Positions 10,117 to 20,767 of a DNA stretch of 64,000 nucleotides are shown one piece after another. Source of the DNA: Bdellovibrionota bacterium (lineage in GTDB: Bacteria > Bdellovibrionota > UBA2428); the NCBI GenBank assembly GCA_041391385.1, contig JAWKOD010000003.1, forward strand, positions 263,360-327,359. Reading direction: 5' to 3'. Positions within the stretch are counted from its first letter, which is position 1; the number at the start of each line of letters is the position of its first letter. The position numbers were made by a program, and so were the translations under genes. The notes beneath the pieces were generated by a model. It made no database searches. It was not told where the DNA came from and saw only the letters and a program-made list of their open reading frames with translations.

Positions 10117-11315
10117 TATCTCATGTCCTCAGGTGTTTGATTGTTAGGATCTTCAATGACTTTCCAAAAACTTTCTAGCCCTTTAGCAAGATCAACTTTT
10201 TTCCCTTTTTGTTCAAAAACTTTAGCGAGGGCTACAATCTGACACAAGACATCCCACGCATCCATATACCCGATATGCCCGAGGCGAATAATTTTACCTT
10301 TAAGCTCATCTTGACCACCACTCACAGTAAGACCAATTTTTTTAAAGCCCTTTGTATCAATTAGACCTTCACTCATTACAGAAGTACATGCGGGAGAAGC
10401 ATCTTCGTCACGCTTAGCAAGTAACTCAAGACCCATAGCCTTTACAGCTTCTCGAGTCGCCTTTTGCAATCTCCAAGCTTTTTCATAAAGCGTTTCATAA
10501 CCAGTTTTTTCAAAGTCCTTGAGGACTGCATGCAGACCGCCAACAAGTGTTACAGGCGAAGTAAAGGGGCCAGTATTTTCAAGCGCAGTTTTTTTAGTTT
10601 TACGCCAATCATTATAATATCGAACATTCTTAACTGTTTCACATTTAGCCCAAGCCTTTTTGCTTGCAGCACCCAATGAAAGACCCGGCGGAAGCATCAA
10701 TGCTTTTTGAGAACCCGCAACAAGAACATCAATTCCCCAAGCATCCATAGGAGTTGCAAAAACACCTACAGAAGTTACACCGTCGACTAAAAGCAAAGCT
10801 TCAGGAGCTTTTTCTTTTAGCATCTTTGCAATTTGTTTTATAGGATGTCTCACTCCTGTTGAAGTTTCGCTAGAGTGAACAAAAACGCCTTTAGTCTGGG
10901 GAGTAAGCTGTGATTCCACAGCCGCTACGTCTACCGCACGACCTCGTTCTACAAAAATTTCTTTAACTGTAAGTCCGTATATTTTAGCCTGCTGGCTCCA
11001 ACGGTCTCCAAACTTTCCGCTATTCACAGAAATGACTTCTTCGCCGGGGGAGAAAAAGTTTTGTACAGCACCCTCCATTGCAAGGGTCCCAGTACCTGAG
11101 AAAATCATAACTTCTTCCGTCGTGCCAAAAAGAGTCTTGAGCATGGCTCGAGTTTCTTCCATGATTTTAGCGAATTCGGATCCTCGGTGATAATGCACAC
11201 TCGAAGACATTGCGCTCAAAACGAAGTCAGGAACTGGAGTGGGTCCCGCTGTTAAGATTCTGTGTTTAAAAAAAGCGTTAGCGTGGGGGTTTACTTGATT
11301 ATTTTTAGATTCCAT
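10116..11315 (-). CDS. Class-V aminotransferase of the AGXT / serine–pyruvate aminotransferase family; possible non-SerC phosphoserine aminotransferase
   Basis: PLP-fold motifs are present ([12 protein letters not shown]… and the lysine region [15 protein letters not shown]). Its start is coupled to the serA-like gene. Confidence 0.7.
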   Translation of the reverse strand: MESKNNQVNPHANAFFKHRILTAGPTPVPDFVLSAMSSSVHYHRGSEFAKIMEETRAMLKTLFGTTEEVMIFSGTGTLAMEGAVQNFFSPGEEVISVNSGKFGDRWSQQAKIYGLTVKEIFVERGRAVDVAAVESQLTPQTKGVFVHSSETSTGVRHPIKQIAKMLKEKAPEALLLVDGVTSVGVFATPMDAWGIDVLVAGSQKALMLPPGLSLGAASKKAWAKCETVKNVRYYNDWRKTKKTALENTGPFTSPVTLVGGLHAVLKDFEKTGYETLYEKAWRLQKATREAVKAMGLELLAKRDEDASPACTSVMSEGLIDTKGFKKIGLTVSGGQDELKGKIIRLGHIGYMDAWDVLCQIVALAKVFEQKGKKVDLAKGLESFWKVIEDPNNQTPEDMR

Positions 11316-13375
11316 TTAATATCAGCCTCTTTGAGCTTGAGTAACTTATCGCGCAAATCTGCCGCTCTTTCAAACTCAAGTTTACGGGCAGCTTCTTTCA
11401 TCTCGGCCTCCATGCGTTGCATTTCCTCGTGAATCTTTTCGGGAGCAACTTTGAGACCTTCAATTTCAGCCTCGGCCTGCGAAAGCTCCAGATAATCATG
11501 CAAATCGAGGCGATCTGTGACCAAATTCTGGTCTACCTTGAGGATAGTTTTGGGGGTAATCCCATGTTTTTTATTGTATTCTTCCTGCACCTGGCGCCTA
11601 CGAGTGCATTCGTCGATTGTTTCACGAAGACTTCGAGTAATCTTATCTGCAAAAAAGACAACATGTCCCCTGTCGTTACGGGCAGCACGCCCACAGGTCT
11701 GAATTAAAGATGTTTTTGACCGCAAGAACCCCTCCTTGTCCGCATCCAAAATAGCAACCAAGGAGACTTCTGGAAGGTCCAAGCCTTCTCTTAAAAGGTT
11801 GATCCCCACCAACACATCAAATTTTCCTAAGCGTAAGTCCTTCAAAATCTCAATTCTCTCGAGAGTTTCGATGTCTGAGTGCAGATATCTGACTTTTACA
11901 TCATTTTTTCTTAAGTAATCGCTTAAATCTTCAGCCATTCGCTTGGTAAGTGTTGTAACAAGTACACGCTCATTTCTGGCAACACGCTCACGTGCTAAAT
12001 CAAGTAAATCTTTCACTTGATCCTTAACAGGCCGAATCTCCATAGTAGGATCAAGAAGCCCGGTGGGTCGAATAATCTGCTCAGTAATCTTGCCTTGAGC
12101 TTTTTCTAACTCATATTGAGAAGGCGTCGCACTTACATACAGGGCTAAATTAACTCCACGTTCAAATTCTTCAAATTTTAAGGGTCTGTTATCCATTGCA
12201 CTGGGGAGCCTAAAACCATGCTCTACCAACACTTGCTTCCGAGCCATGTCGCCGCGATACATTCCACCCACTTGTGGAATAGTCACGTGACTTTCATCAG
12301 CAACAAGTAAAAAGTCTTTGGGGAAATAATCAAAAAGCGTTGGGGGGGCCTCTCCCGCATTTCTCCCCGTCATATGTCTTGAATAATTTTCTACCCCAGG
12401 GCAATAACCCACTTCTTGCATCATCTCGATATCAAAAAGCGTACGACTCTCTAAGCGCTTAGCTTCTGCAATTTTTCCGAGAGATTTCAATTCCACAAGC
12501 CTCACCCTCAGCTCTTCAAGAATAGAATTAATAGCCCTCTTTCTATCGTCTGCATTTGTCACATAGTGAGACGCAGGAAAAAGAGCGACCCGCTCGAGCT
12601 TAGATATTTTTTTTCCCCTCAACGGATCCAATTCATGAATACTTTCAATTTCAGAGCCAAACATTTCTATACGAATAGCTCGCAAAGACTCATAGGCCGG
12701 AAAGATATCGATAACATCTCCACGAACTCGAAAAGTACCTCGATGGAAATCCTGATCACTTCGAGCGTAGTTAATTTCTATCAATTTGCGAAGAAGATCA
12801 TCTCTACGAATTTTTTGCCCGTGCTTAAACACTGCCATCATAGCGAGATACTCTTGAGGAGATCCAAGGCCGTAGATACACGAAACACTCGAAACAATCA
12901 GTACATCCCTACGCTCCAATAGGGAGCGAGTCGCCGAATGCCTTAGCTTATCGATCTCATCGTTAATGGCAGAATCTTTTTCAATAAAAGTATCTGTTGA
13001 AACGACATATGCTTCAGGTTGATAGTAGTCGTAGTAACTGACGAAATATTCGACAGCATTGTGCGGAAAGAGTGCCTTAAACTCAGAATACAACTGAGCC
13101 GCTAGTGTTTTATTGGGCGCCATTACAAGTGTGGGTTTATTGACCTTTGCCACCACACTCGCCACTGTGAATGTTTTTCCAGAGCCCGTAACCCCTAAGA
13201 GCACTTGATGCTTTTCTTTCCGTAGAATCCCCTCTGTGAGCTCTGCTATGGCTTGTGGCTGGTCTCCCGCAGGTGAATATGATGTGACAAGTTCAAATTT
13301 GCCACTGAGCTTTTCAGAGGCAGATGTAGTCGAACTCGCAGAAGAAGGGCCTTTATTTTTTGACACCACTGTCAA
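11291..13375 (-). CDS. uvrB: Excinuclease ABC subunit B
   Basis: Walker [11 protein letters not shown], helicase motifs, a beta-hairpin region and the C-terminal UvrB/UvrC interaction coiled-coil. Product is 694 aa. Confidence 0.95.
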   Translation of the reverse strand: MTVVSKNKGPSSASSTTSASEKLSGKFELVTSYSPAGDQPQAIAELTEGILRKEKHQVLLGVTGSGKTFTVASVVAKVNKPTLVMAPNKTLAAQLYSEFKALFPHNAVEYFVSYYDYYQPEAYVVSTDTFIEKDSAINDEIDKLRHSATRSLLERRDVLIVSSVSCIYGLGSPQEYLAMMAVFKHGQKIRRDDLLRKLIEINYARSDQDFHRGTFRVRGDVIDIFPAYESLRAIRIEMFGSEIESIHELDPLRGKKISKLERVALFPASHYVTNADDRKRAINSILEELRVRLVELKSLGKIAEAKRLESRTLFDIEMMQEVGYCPGVENYSRHMTGRNAGEAPPTLFDYFPKDFLLVADESHVTIPQVGGMYRGDMARKQVLVEHGFRLPSAMDNRPLKFEEFERGVNLALYVSATPSQYELEKAQGKITEQIIRPTGLLDPTMEIRPVKDQVKDLLDLARERVARNERVLVTTLTKRMAEDLSDYLRKNDVKVRYLHSDIETLERIEILKDLRLGKFDVLVGINLLREGLDLPEVSLVAILDADKEGFLRSKTSLIQTCGRAARNDRGHVVFFADKITRSLRETIDECTRRRQVQEEYNKKHGITPKTILKVDQNLVTDRLDLHDYLELSQAEAEIEGLKVAPEKIHEEMQRMEAEMKEAARKLEFERAADLRDKLLKLKEADIKWNLKIIK

Positions 13376-13451
13376 GAGTAGCGCGTCTTAGCGAATTATT
13401 CACGGAGCTTTCTCTTAGGCTTGAAGATGCTTTGCCGAAAGGAATCTTACG

Positions 13452-13715
13452 ATGGCAAGTTCATTGGATTTTGAAACACATATACAGAACGTACTTCCTA
13501 CAAGTATTCTCATAAAATATCGCATAGTGCCCATGGCCATTCGCGATCGCAAGCTTTGCCTGATAGCAAGGCGCCCCCTGAGCAACGATGCTTTGCTCGA
13601 GTTAAAGAAGATTACGGGCATTGAAGACTACGAGCTTCAACTCGTAGGTGACGATGTACTCGAAGAGTACATAACACTCTTCATCGGCGGCCAACTTTTC
13701 GCACAGCCCGCTTAA
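13452..13715 (+). CDS. Stand-alone T2SS-E N-terminal (GspE/MshE N-domain)-like small protein
   Basis: In the 87-aa product, the segment IVPMAIRDRKLCLIARRPLSNDALLELKKITGIEDYELQLV matches the 'vlPl…l.vA..dP.d..al.el…tg..ve' consensus of the GspE N-domain. Confidence 0.4.
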   Translation: MASSLDFETHIQNVLPTSILIKYRIVPMAIRDRKLCLIARRPLSNDALLELKKITGIEDYELQLVGDDVLEEYITLFIGGQLFAQPA

Positions 13716-13807
13716 GAGGCTAAGCCTCGGCAAAAGTGCCCTTAAAAACGCTTTCCACCAGGCTTTGTCTTTGACGCCTACTCCAAAAAAATTCACATTA
13801 GGCAGCC

Positions 13808-15070
13808 ATGTGGTTCCACGCTACGACTCTTTTATTGTTACTCTCTCCACTCAACCTACAAGCTAGCTGGAAATGTAGAAAACTTTTAAATGATGAAGAA
13901 CCCTTTATTCGCTTAGCTCGCTCCACCACAGACGATGGGTTTTGGATTCCAGAAACTGCCCATCGCGAAAGCTTTCAACGCTTTAAAGAAGCACTCCCCG
14001 TGGAGCTAAGAAATGCGGCTGAACTCGCAGACCTTGCCGCATACAGCCCTCTCCTCAAGCGCGCGCTCACAACCTTTGTAAACTCTCTAGACCCAAACTC
14101 TTTTCTCGGTCCCGAAAGTGACTCTATTCATGTTGTAAATCACCTTATGAAAAGTCTCTTTAACGAAGACTTCCCAAAAACTGAAGCGGCTCAAAAAATA
14201 GCCTCCTTTCTGCGCGAAACTCAGTTACGAGCACTCTCTCGCATCACTCCAACCGAACTACAGATTAGCTCTCCAGATAAAAAACTTCATCTTTGGGCTA
14301 CCGAAGTTGACAATGAGCTCAGAACTCGCTGGTACGACACAGCAAATGACGAAACGGTCTACAGCTGGTTAACGGCAGACAGTGATCCCAAAATTGAAGC
14401 TCTCTTATGGGGGAATAGAGAAAAAGAAGCAGGCATATTCTTACCCGCAGACGCCAACATTGCACGTGTCGAGAAAGCTTTAGCAGATAAACGACGCGCG
14501 CCTCTTTTAAATGCAGGTGAAGTTTTGCGCGATCACTTTCGAATTCTTTTAGAGAACTTTGAAAACGGGCCCCTCCACCTCTTAAACGAAAAATACAAAA
14601 GAATGTACGCAAGCAAAGACGCAGGCGCAATGGACAACGTAAACAAGCTCCTATCCCCTTACCAAGTAGCTCCTAAGGATGGGGATCTTGTTAACGTCTA
14701 TTTCTCTAAATCGCTTGAAGTGATACAACGTCTTTTAAATTCTGCTCAATTCTTTGAGGACTTTGTTGCCTTCAAGGACAGTTACATAGAAGCTGCTGAT
14801 ACTCTTTTAGATCTAAGTCGTGACCCAAAACTGACACAACTTGAAAGACAAAAGTTATCCGATATCGCCTCTGAGCGCTTGATTAGCGCTTCGGTAGATT
14901 TAGTTTCCATTGGTCTCAACTATAGCCACCCTCACGAATATCGCTACCGCTCGCATCTTTTAGAAATGCAACATTTAAACGGCCAACTTGAAAAAGAAGT
15001 CATTCCACTAGGACATATCCTTAACTTTGGGGGCGAGCAAAAACCGCCTTCAATCATTATCGCTCCCTAA
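13808..15070 (+). CDS. Secreted hypothetical protein
   Basis: Signal peptide LLLLLSPLNLQAS. The 420-aa product has no motif I recognise. Confidence 0.45.
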   Translation: MWFHATTLLLLLSPLNLQASWKCRKLLNDEEPFIRLARSTTDDGFWIPETAHRESFQRFKEALPVELRNAAELADLAAYSPLLKRALTTFVNSLDPNSFLGPESDSIHVVNHLMKSLFNEDFPKTEAAQKIASFLRETQLRALSRITPTELQISSPDKKLHLWATEVDNELRTRWYDTANDETVYSWLTADSDPKIEALLWGNREKEAGIFLPADANIARVEKALADKRRAPLLNAGEVLRDHFRILLENFENGPLHLLNEKYKRMYASKDAGAMDNVNKLLSPYQVAPKDGDLVNVYFSKSLEVIQRLLNSAQFFEDFVAFKDSYIEAADTLLDLSRDPKLTQLERQKLSDIASERLISASVDLVSIGLNYSHPHEYRYRSHLLEMQHLNGQLEKEVIPLGHILNFGGEQKPPSIIIAP

Positions 15071-15088
15071 GAGTCTAGGACTTTTTCT

Positions 15089-16018
15089 TTATGAGAGCTC
15101 AGACCAAACCTTGGCTACCGCATTGTGCGGATGAAGACTTTCCTGGTGCTCCACTTCAATACAAAACGAAGCGACTTCACTCTTATCCTTAAACAGAGCC
15201 TGAAGACGTCTTGCCGCATCCTCACAAAACATTAAATTTTCAGCATTCAAACGAGCAAACTCTTGCTCATCAGCCCGCTTTACAAACGACTGAACAGGGG
15301 TCTTCAAAGAGCGTTCTGTCTCATCAATATAAGCTTCAAAGGCAGAAAGTAGATTCTGTGGCGTCTTCTTTAACTTAAGCGAAACATTTGCAAAGCTGCG
15401 CTGACTATGCGGAGTTGCACACACTGAATCTTCTTTCATGAGCCAATCAGAAATCTCACCTGTGGGAATATTTTCTCTTTTAGCAAAGTCCCCCTGAAAC
15501 TTTTCTTGAATCAATTGGCGCGAAAGTGCCGCTGAACATGGACATGTACTCGAATAAGCAACGCTGTATTTTAAATGCCAATGAACATGGCCTTCCTCGA
15601 AAATCACAACACATTCAATCGGGTAATGTCTCCAGCCCGACATATTTGAAAGAAGCGATGTCTTACGTTTCATAATCTGAAAGGCTACTCTCAACTCAGA
15701 ATCTAAACTTGATCCCTCGTGCGACTCCTGAAAACCTTTCACAACAGATTCTAAAAGCGCTGCTGTTAGTGGAGCATCAGCAAGCTGCTGTAATCGACTA
15801 AAGAGACGTGACATGTGTATTCCCTTCACACTCTCTTTATCCAAACTCACAAAAGCCGAAGCCTTAGCGGGCATACGATGCATTTGAGAATCGACCTCGA
15901 AAAGAACAGGAAGTTCAATTTCCGTCATGCCTACACGATTAATCTTCCCCTGAAGTGTCGCCTTCGTATCCATGGCGACATCTGGCATTTTGCCTGCTGA
16001 TTTAGGTCCTGAACTCAT
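15089..16018 (-). CDS. folE2: GTP cyclohydrolase FolE2 / MptA family
   Basis: About 309 aa with the conserved Cys-containing region (STCPCSAALS) and overall COG1469-like composition. Confidence 0.55.
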   Translation of the reverse strand: MSSGPKSAGKMPDVAMDTKATLQGKINRVGMTEIELPVLFEVDSQMHRMPAKASAFVSLDKESVKGIHMSRLFSRLQQLADAPLTAALLESVVKGFQESHEGSSLDSELRVAFQIMKRKTSLLSNMSGWRHYPIECVVIFEEGHVHWHLKYSVAYSSTCPCSAALSRQLIQEKFQGDFAKRENIPTGEISDWLMKEDSVCATPHSQRSFANVSLKLKKTPQNLLSAFEAYIDETERSLKTPVQSFVKRADEQEFARLNAENLMFCEDAARRLQALFKDKSEVASFCIEVEHQESLHPHNAVAKVWSELS

Positions 16019-16075
16019 GAGGCACTTATAGCAAGGCTGTAGCCTAGGCGCACCTTTTGTTAGCCTTGAATTTTC

Positions 16076-17089
16076 TTGTCAGAAATGCCCCAAATCGCTA
16101 CATTAAGCCCAATGCTGCAGCGCCCCCGACGCAATCGCTCTACACCTGCCCTGAGAGACCTGATTGCCGAAACTCACCTCAAAACAAGTGACTTTGTTTG
16201 GCCTGTGTTTGTGGTTGAAGGGTCTCAAAAAAAAGAGGCTATTCCGGCCCTGCCTGGCATTTATCGCTGGAGCCTCGATCTCCTCATCCCCCAACTTAAG
16301 GAAGCCCTCGCTCTTGGAATTAGAAGCTTTGCCTTCTTTCCAAAAGTAGACGAATCCCACAAAGACTCCACGGGTTCACTTTCTCTAGACCCTCAGTTTT
16401 ACCTCTATAAAATTCTTCGAAGTTTAAGAGAAGAAATCCCGGAAGCCACTCTTATAACTGACGTTGCCCTCGACCCTTACTCAAGCGACGGGCACGACGG
16501 TATCTACAAAAATGGCGTAATCTTAAACGATGAAAGTGTAGAAATCCTAGCTAAGCAGGCACTTTTGCAGGCTCAAAATGGAGCCCACATCGTTGCTCCT
16601 TCTGACATGATGGATGGAAGGATTGCAGCTATCCGCAAAACGCTTGATCAAAATTCATTCAAAGAAATTGGAATTTTAAGCTACGCAGCCAAGTATGCTT
16701 CTTCTTTTTATGGACCCTTTCGAGCTGCCCTGGATTCTGCTCCCAAAAGTGGCGATAAAAAAACGTATCAAATGGACCCGCGAAACAAGACCGAAGCTCT
16801 GCGCGAGTTACGCCTCGATATTGAAGAAGGTGCAGACATGGTCATGGTGAAACCCGCCCTCGCCTACCTCGACATCATTCAACTCTTTAAAGAAATGTCA
16901 GATGTGCCCGTGGTGGCATATCATGTGAGCGGAGAGTACGCCATGATCAAAGCCGCGGCTACGCAAGGTCTTCTCGACGAACAAAGTGCAATGCTTGAAT
17001 GCCTCACTTCGATTAAACGCGCCGGAGCTGACATTATATTTTCTTATTACGCTCTCGAGTTTGCAAAACTTAACAAAGGCCAAGCCTAG
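16076..17089 (+). CDS. hemB: Porphobilinogen synthase (delta-aminolevulinate dehydratase)
   Basis: Active-site lysine region GADMVMVKPA, SDGHDGI and the typical length of 337 aa. Confidence 0.9.
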   Translation: MSEMPQIATLSPMLQRPRRNRSTPALRDLIAETHLKTSDFVWPVFVVEGSQKKEAIPALPGIYRWSLDLLIPQLKEALALGIRSFAFFPKVDESHKDSTGSLSLDPQFYLYKILRSLREEIPEATLITDVALDPYSSDGHDGIYKNGVILNDESVEILAKQALLQAQNGAHIVAPSDMMDGRIAAIRKTLDQNSFKEIGILSYAAKYASSFYGPFRAALDSAPKSGDKKTYQMDPRNKTEALRELRLDIEEGADMVMVKPALAYLDIIQLFKEMSDVPVVAYHVSGEYAMIKAAATQGLLDEQSAMLECLTSIKRAGADIIFSYYALEFAKLNKGQA

Positions 17090-17657
17090 AGTTAACCCAA
17101 CGCAAAGTTGCCAAAGCATCGAAGCTCTCATTTAAAAGACGCTTTTTTTGTTCCACTTTTGAACCCTGAGAAAGTATTTTTAAAAACGTAGATTCAAAAG
17201 ACTGAAAAAACACTTGAGAGTCAGCATCCAACTTTAAATAAAAATTTTCAATTGAAGCTTCATCAGCGAGTTCGTTGAGTGATACAAGAACTTTCTTTAA
17301 GTCCTCAAACACTACCTTTGGATAAAGCACATATTCTTTTTTACTTAAGGCCATGTTTTCAAGCGCCCTCCCGGTACCAAAGGGAACCCTGTCGGAGTGT
17401 CTTCCACGTATTTCTAAAGCGGGATCAGTTAGGCGCGAAATCAGTCCGACTTTTCTTAGTTTTGATAAAAAGTGAAAGTCTTCACCCGCTCGGATATTTG
17501 GAAAACCTCTTATTTTCTCATAAGCACTGAGGCGAAACATGAGAGTACTTCCCAAAGCCCAATAGCAATACGGCGAGCCAGCAAACTCCAAACCTTCGCA
17601 ATAAGATGCCAGCCACTTCTCATAATGTTGAAGTGCTTCAAACTCCTCCGAGTTCAA
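17070..17657 (-). CDS. GT-A (family-2-like) glycosyltransferase, C-terminal half
   Basis: The motif …FPNIRAGEDFHFLSKLRKVG resembles the GT2 'gEDxdlxlRl.kaGy' motif. It starts on TTG and overlaps the upstream ORF by 4 nt. Confidence 0.3.
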   Translation of the reverse strand: MNSEEFEALQHYEKWLASYCEGLEFAGSPYCYWALGSTLMFRLSAYEKIRGFPNIRAGEDFHFLSKLRKVGLISRLTDPALEIRGRHSDRVPFGTGRALENMALSKKEYVLYPKVVFEDLKKVLVSLNELADEASIENFYLKLDADSQVFFQSFESTFLKILSQGSKVEQKKRLLNESFDALATLRWVNSRLGLC

Positions 17658-18253
17658 TTCCCTTGAGTATGGAAATATGGATATGTAGCAGCCACTTCAT
17701 TTTTTTTAAGCTCTGTTAAAAAGTAAGTATCAGGCACTCGCACGTCAGCGTCCGTCTGGCGATGAATTTCACTCTCTAAGAATCCCTGCTTCCATAAAGC
17801 CAATGCCAAGTCAGCAGGGACCTTACGAGCACGCCCTACTCCTTCATTTTCTTTAAGAAAAAAAGGCTCCAGACTGCCATTTATAACGAACGCATAATCC
17901 CGCCCAAGTGGATTTAAGGAAAACTTAAAGTCATGAGGGATAGAAAAAAAATCAAGCGTTCTTAAATTTGAGTCGATTGCAGACTTTGATGCCGATGCTC
18001 TCTGATTGATAAAAACTACAAATAGATTTCTTTTAAGATCTTGCTCCGAAGCCTTCTCAAGACTTTCCCACATCCCGGCAATTCGCTCCGCCTCCTCAAG
18101 CAACGGAATGCCGAGAGATTCACCAAAGCTTAAAGAGTGTCGCTTTAAAATAGGTGTCAAAAAGCTCAATGCGTCTTGAGCAATAGGATCGAGTGAGTAA
18201 TCCACTTGCATTTCATAACACATTTTTACGCTGTAAACTTTTACACTCTTCAC
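17654..18253 (-). CDS. GT-A-like glycosyltransferase, N-terminal half (DxD-like TDAD motif)
   Basis: The segment GVGRARKVPADLALALWKQGFLESEIHRQTDADVRVPD resembles the GT2 'N.G.a.arN.g…A.g……DaDd…pd' region. Together with 17070..17657 it may be one gene or two. Confidence 0.3.
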   Translation of the reverse strand: MKSVKVYSVKMCYEMQVDYSLDPIAQDALSFLTPILKRHSLSFGESLGIPLLEEAERIAGMWESLEKASEQDLKRNLFVVFINQRASASKSAIDSNLRTLDFFSIPHDFKFSLNPLGRDYAFVINGSLEPFFLKENEGVGRARKVPADLALALWKQGFLESEIHRQTDADVRVPDTYFLTELKKNEVAATYPYFHTQGN

Positions 18254-18820
18254 TTTGCCCTAGGCCTCCGGGACTCCTGCCTGTATCCTAGAAAAGTGAT
18301 CAAGCTTGAAGAGTTTTCAGAGGATAAAACATTTGAGATAAATTTTAGCTACTCACAAAGTAAAAACGAATTGTGGCTTAACTTCACAGTGAACGGCCCC
18401 GTGCAACTCCTCTATCCGCAAGAACTTCCCACCATTGAGCTTAAACAAGCTACTGATCTTTGGAAGAAAACATGCTTTGAAGCCTTTTTCTTTAATCAAG
18501 AAGGACCTAGTTACTGCGAAGTTAATTTTAATGTTTTGGGAGAATATTGCTTTCTCTTTTTTGATGACTACAGAATAAAAAGTACACATTGTTTAGGTTT
18601 AGACTTCAAAATCAAAGCAATTCAAAGAGAGCTTTCGGACAAAAAGTTAAAAGTAAGCGCTTTAGTTGAGCTACCCAACAATCCTTCCTTCCTGCTTTCG
18701 CCCACCCTCATTCTCTATCCTAATTCTGGTGAAACACTTTATTATGCACTTAAGCATGGAGCTAAAGCGGACTTCCACTCGAGGCAAGTCACCGAAAACA
18801 AAGCTTTTATCATTAGGTAA
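18206..18820 (+). CDS. Hypothetical protein (start uncertain because it overlaps the divergent gene's 5' end)
   Basis: ORF of 204 aa with no recognisable motif. Confidence 0.3.
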   Translation: MHFITHFYAVNFYTLHFALGLRDSCLYPRKVIKLEEFSEDKTFEINFSYSQSKNELWLNFTVNGPVQLLYPQELPTIELKQATDLWKKTCFEAFFFNQEGPSYCEVNFNVLGEYCFLFFDDYRIKSTHCLGLDFKIKAIQRELSDKKLKVSALVELPNNPSFLLSPTLILYPNSGETLYYALKHGAKADFHSRQVTENKAFIIR

Positions 18821-18895
18821 AAGAACACCAAGAACTGCCTGTTACAACAAAGTAAAGACTTTGATTTTCATGTAATAATAAAGTACAATTTTATT

Positions 18896-20040
18896 ATGTA
18901 CCAGCGACTCCTCCAGCTGCCTAAGCACCCTAAAAGTTCGTTCTTTTTATGGGGCCCGCGACAGACAGGAAAAAGCAGCCTCCTAAAAAGCCTTTACCCC
19001 GATGCCTTGTGGATTAACCTACTTAAAAACTCTGAGATGATGGCCTACAGCACTCGACCTGATTATCTGACTTCCGTCATTTCTGAAAAAAAACCGAGGC
19101 TTGTCATTATTGATGAAGTGCAAAAAGTTCCTGCCTTACTCGATGAAGTTCATTCTCTAATTGAAGATAAAAAAATTGTTTTTGGACTTTGTGGATCCAG
19201 CGCCAGAAAACTTAAAAGAGGCCAAGCGAACCTCCTCGGTGGTAGAGCGCTAAGAAACGAGCTCTTTGGACTTGTTTCAGCCGAACTCGGTAAAAACTTT
19301 AACCTTAGTGCGCTCCTCAACGATGGCTACCTCCCTCGATTTACCAATCGTCTGATGCACGCCGAAGGCTTGAGGCCTATTGCGCCGATTACCTCAAAGA
19401 AGAGATTCTAAGTGAGGGCCTACTCCGTCGGCTGCCGCCCTTTTCACGTTTCTTAGAACTAGCAGCACTATCGGATACTGAGCCCGTATCTTACAAAAGT
19501 TTTGCTCGCGATGTAGGCGTGAGCGAACCCAGTATTCGTAACTACTTTGATATTCTAAGCGATACACTTATTGGAAGTTATCTGCCCGCTTACACGCTCA
19601 AACCCAAGCGAAGAATTAGAAAAACCCCAAAATTTTATTTTTTCGATGTTGGCGTTGTAAACCATCTTGCCCAAAGAGGTCCGATAAAAATAGCTTCAGA
19701 ATTATTTGGGAAAGCTTTTGAAAATTGGGTGCACCATGAGCTTAAAGCCTATTTATCTTATAAAAATCGAAATGAACAACTCTCTTATTGGGCATTAAGC
19801 TCGCAAGCCGAGGTAGACTTCATAGTGGGTCACATGAAAGCCGCCTTTGAAGCGAAAAGCAGCTCAAAGATTCACTCGGAACACCTCAAAGGTCTACGTG
19901 AACTCAAGAAAGATCATCCTGCCATAAACAAACGCTATGTTGTATGTATGGAACCTAGAAGCAGGCAAAGCGATGATGAAATTAGAATACTCAACTACTT
20001 AGACTTCAGTGAGAAGCTTTGGAATGATGAGCTCTTTTAG
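18896..20040 (+). CDS. AAA+ ATPase with a C-terminal DUF4143 domain (COG1373 family), interrupted by a frameshift at about 19370–19380
   Basis: Walker A GPRQTGKSSL and Walker B LVIIDEVQ are in the first ORF. Translating the gap in another frame gives …RLEAYCADYLKEEILSEGLLRRLPPFSRFLELAALSDTEPVSYKSFARDVGVSEPSIRNYF…, which links the two ORFs into one canonical protein. Confidence 0.7.
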
Positions 20041-20120
20041 CTAGAGTATTCTTACATAACCTTGCAGCCACCTTACAGATTACCTCAAGGCTTGCCAAAG
20101 CACGTGCATCATTCTAGCTT

Positions 20121-20753
20121 TTGCCCATGACTTATGGTGTCAGCGCTGAAGCCTCTCGCAAACGAATTAATCTCGATAAACTTCTCCTTGATACGGTGAA
20201 GATTATTACGAAACACCCCCCTCAAACGCTGACTTATTCAAAACTCTCTCGCTTCTTAAAAGTTCCACGTAGCACGCTTTACTATTATTTCGGCAAAGAC
20301 GTTTATAATCTCATCAACGAAGCTGCTCGATTTGCGATGAAAAAATTCACAGTACTCGACAAGCTTCAAGATTATCGCAGCTACTCGACCTGGAAAGAAT
20401 ATCAAATTGCGAGACTTTATCGCGGCATCGAACTCATTCAGAAAAACCCCTGGGCTCCACGTATGTTTTTTCGTTACCGCGACGACCAAAGCAGCATTGG
20501 AACAACAATCCGCAAAGCAGAGAAAGAATACCTCTATTTCATGAGAGAAGTTTGGATGTACTTTCACAAAGGTAAAGCCCCGAACGAAGAAAATGAGATG
20601 CTTGCCGCCTCTCTTAAACTTGGTTACCTCTGGGGAATCTCAGTAGGAGTCGCACCTCTTCTCAGCAACCGTCCCAACGCCAACGCTTTAACGGGTTATG
20701 ACAAGCTCAACAAAAAAGTAGCCACTCTCATAGAAGAATTCTTAAGCGATTAA
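20121..20753 (+). CDS. TetR-family transcriptional regulator
   Basis: N-terminal helix-turn-helix LTYSKLSRFLKVPRSTLYYYFGKDVYNLINEA (TetR 'TlYyyF.sKe.L' signature). Confidence 0.55.
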   Translation: MPMTYGVSAEASRKRINLDKLLLDTVKIITKHPPQTLTYSKLSRFLKVPRSTLYYYFGKDVYNLINEAARFAMKKFTVLDKLQDYRSYSTWKEYQIARLYRGIELIQKNPWAPRMFFRYRDDQSSIGTTIRKAEKEYLYFMREVWMYFHKGKAPNEENEMLAASLKLGYLWGISVGVAPLLSNRPNANALTGYDKLNKKVATLIEEFLSD

Positions 20754-20767
20754 GTGCTTCTAAGTGT

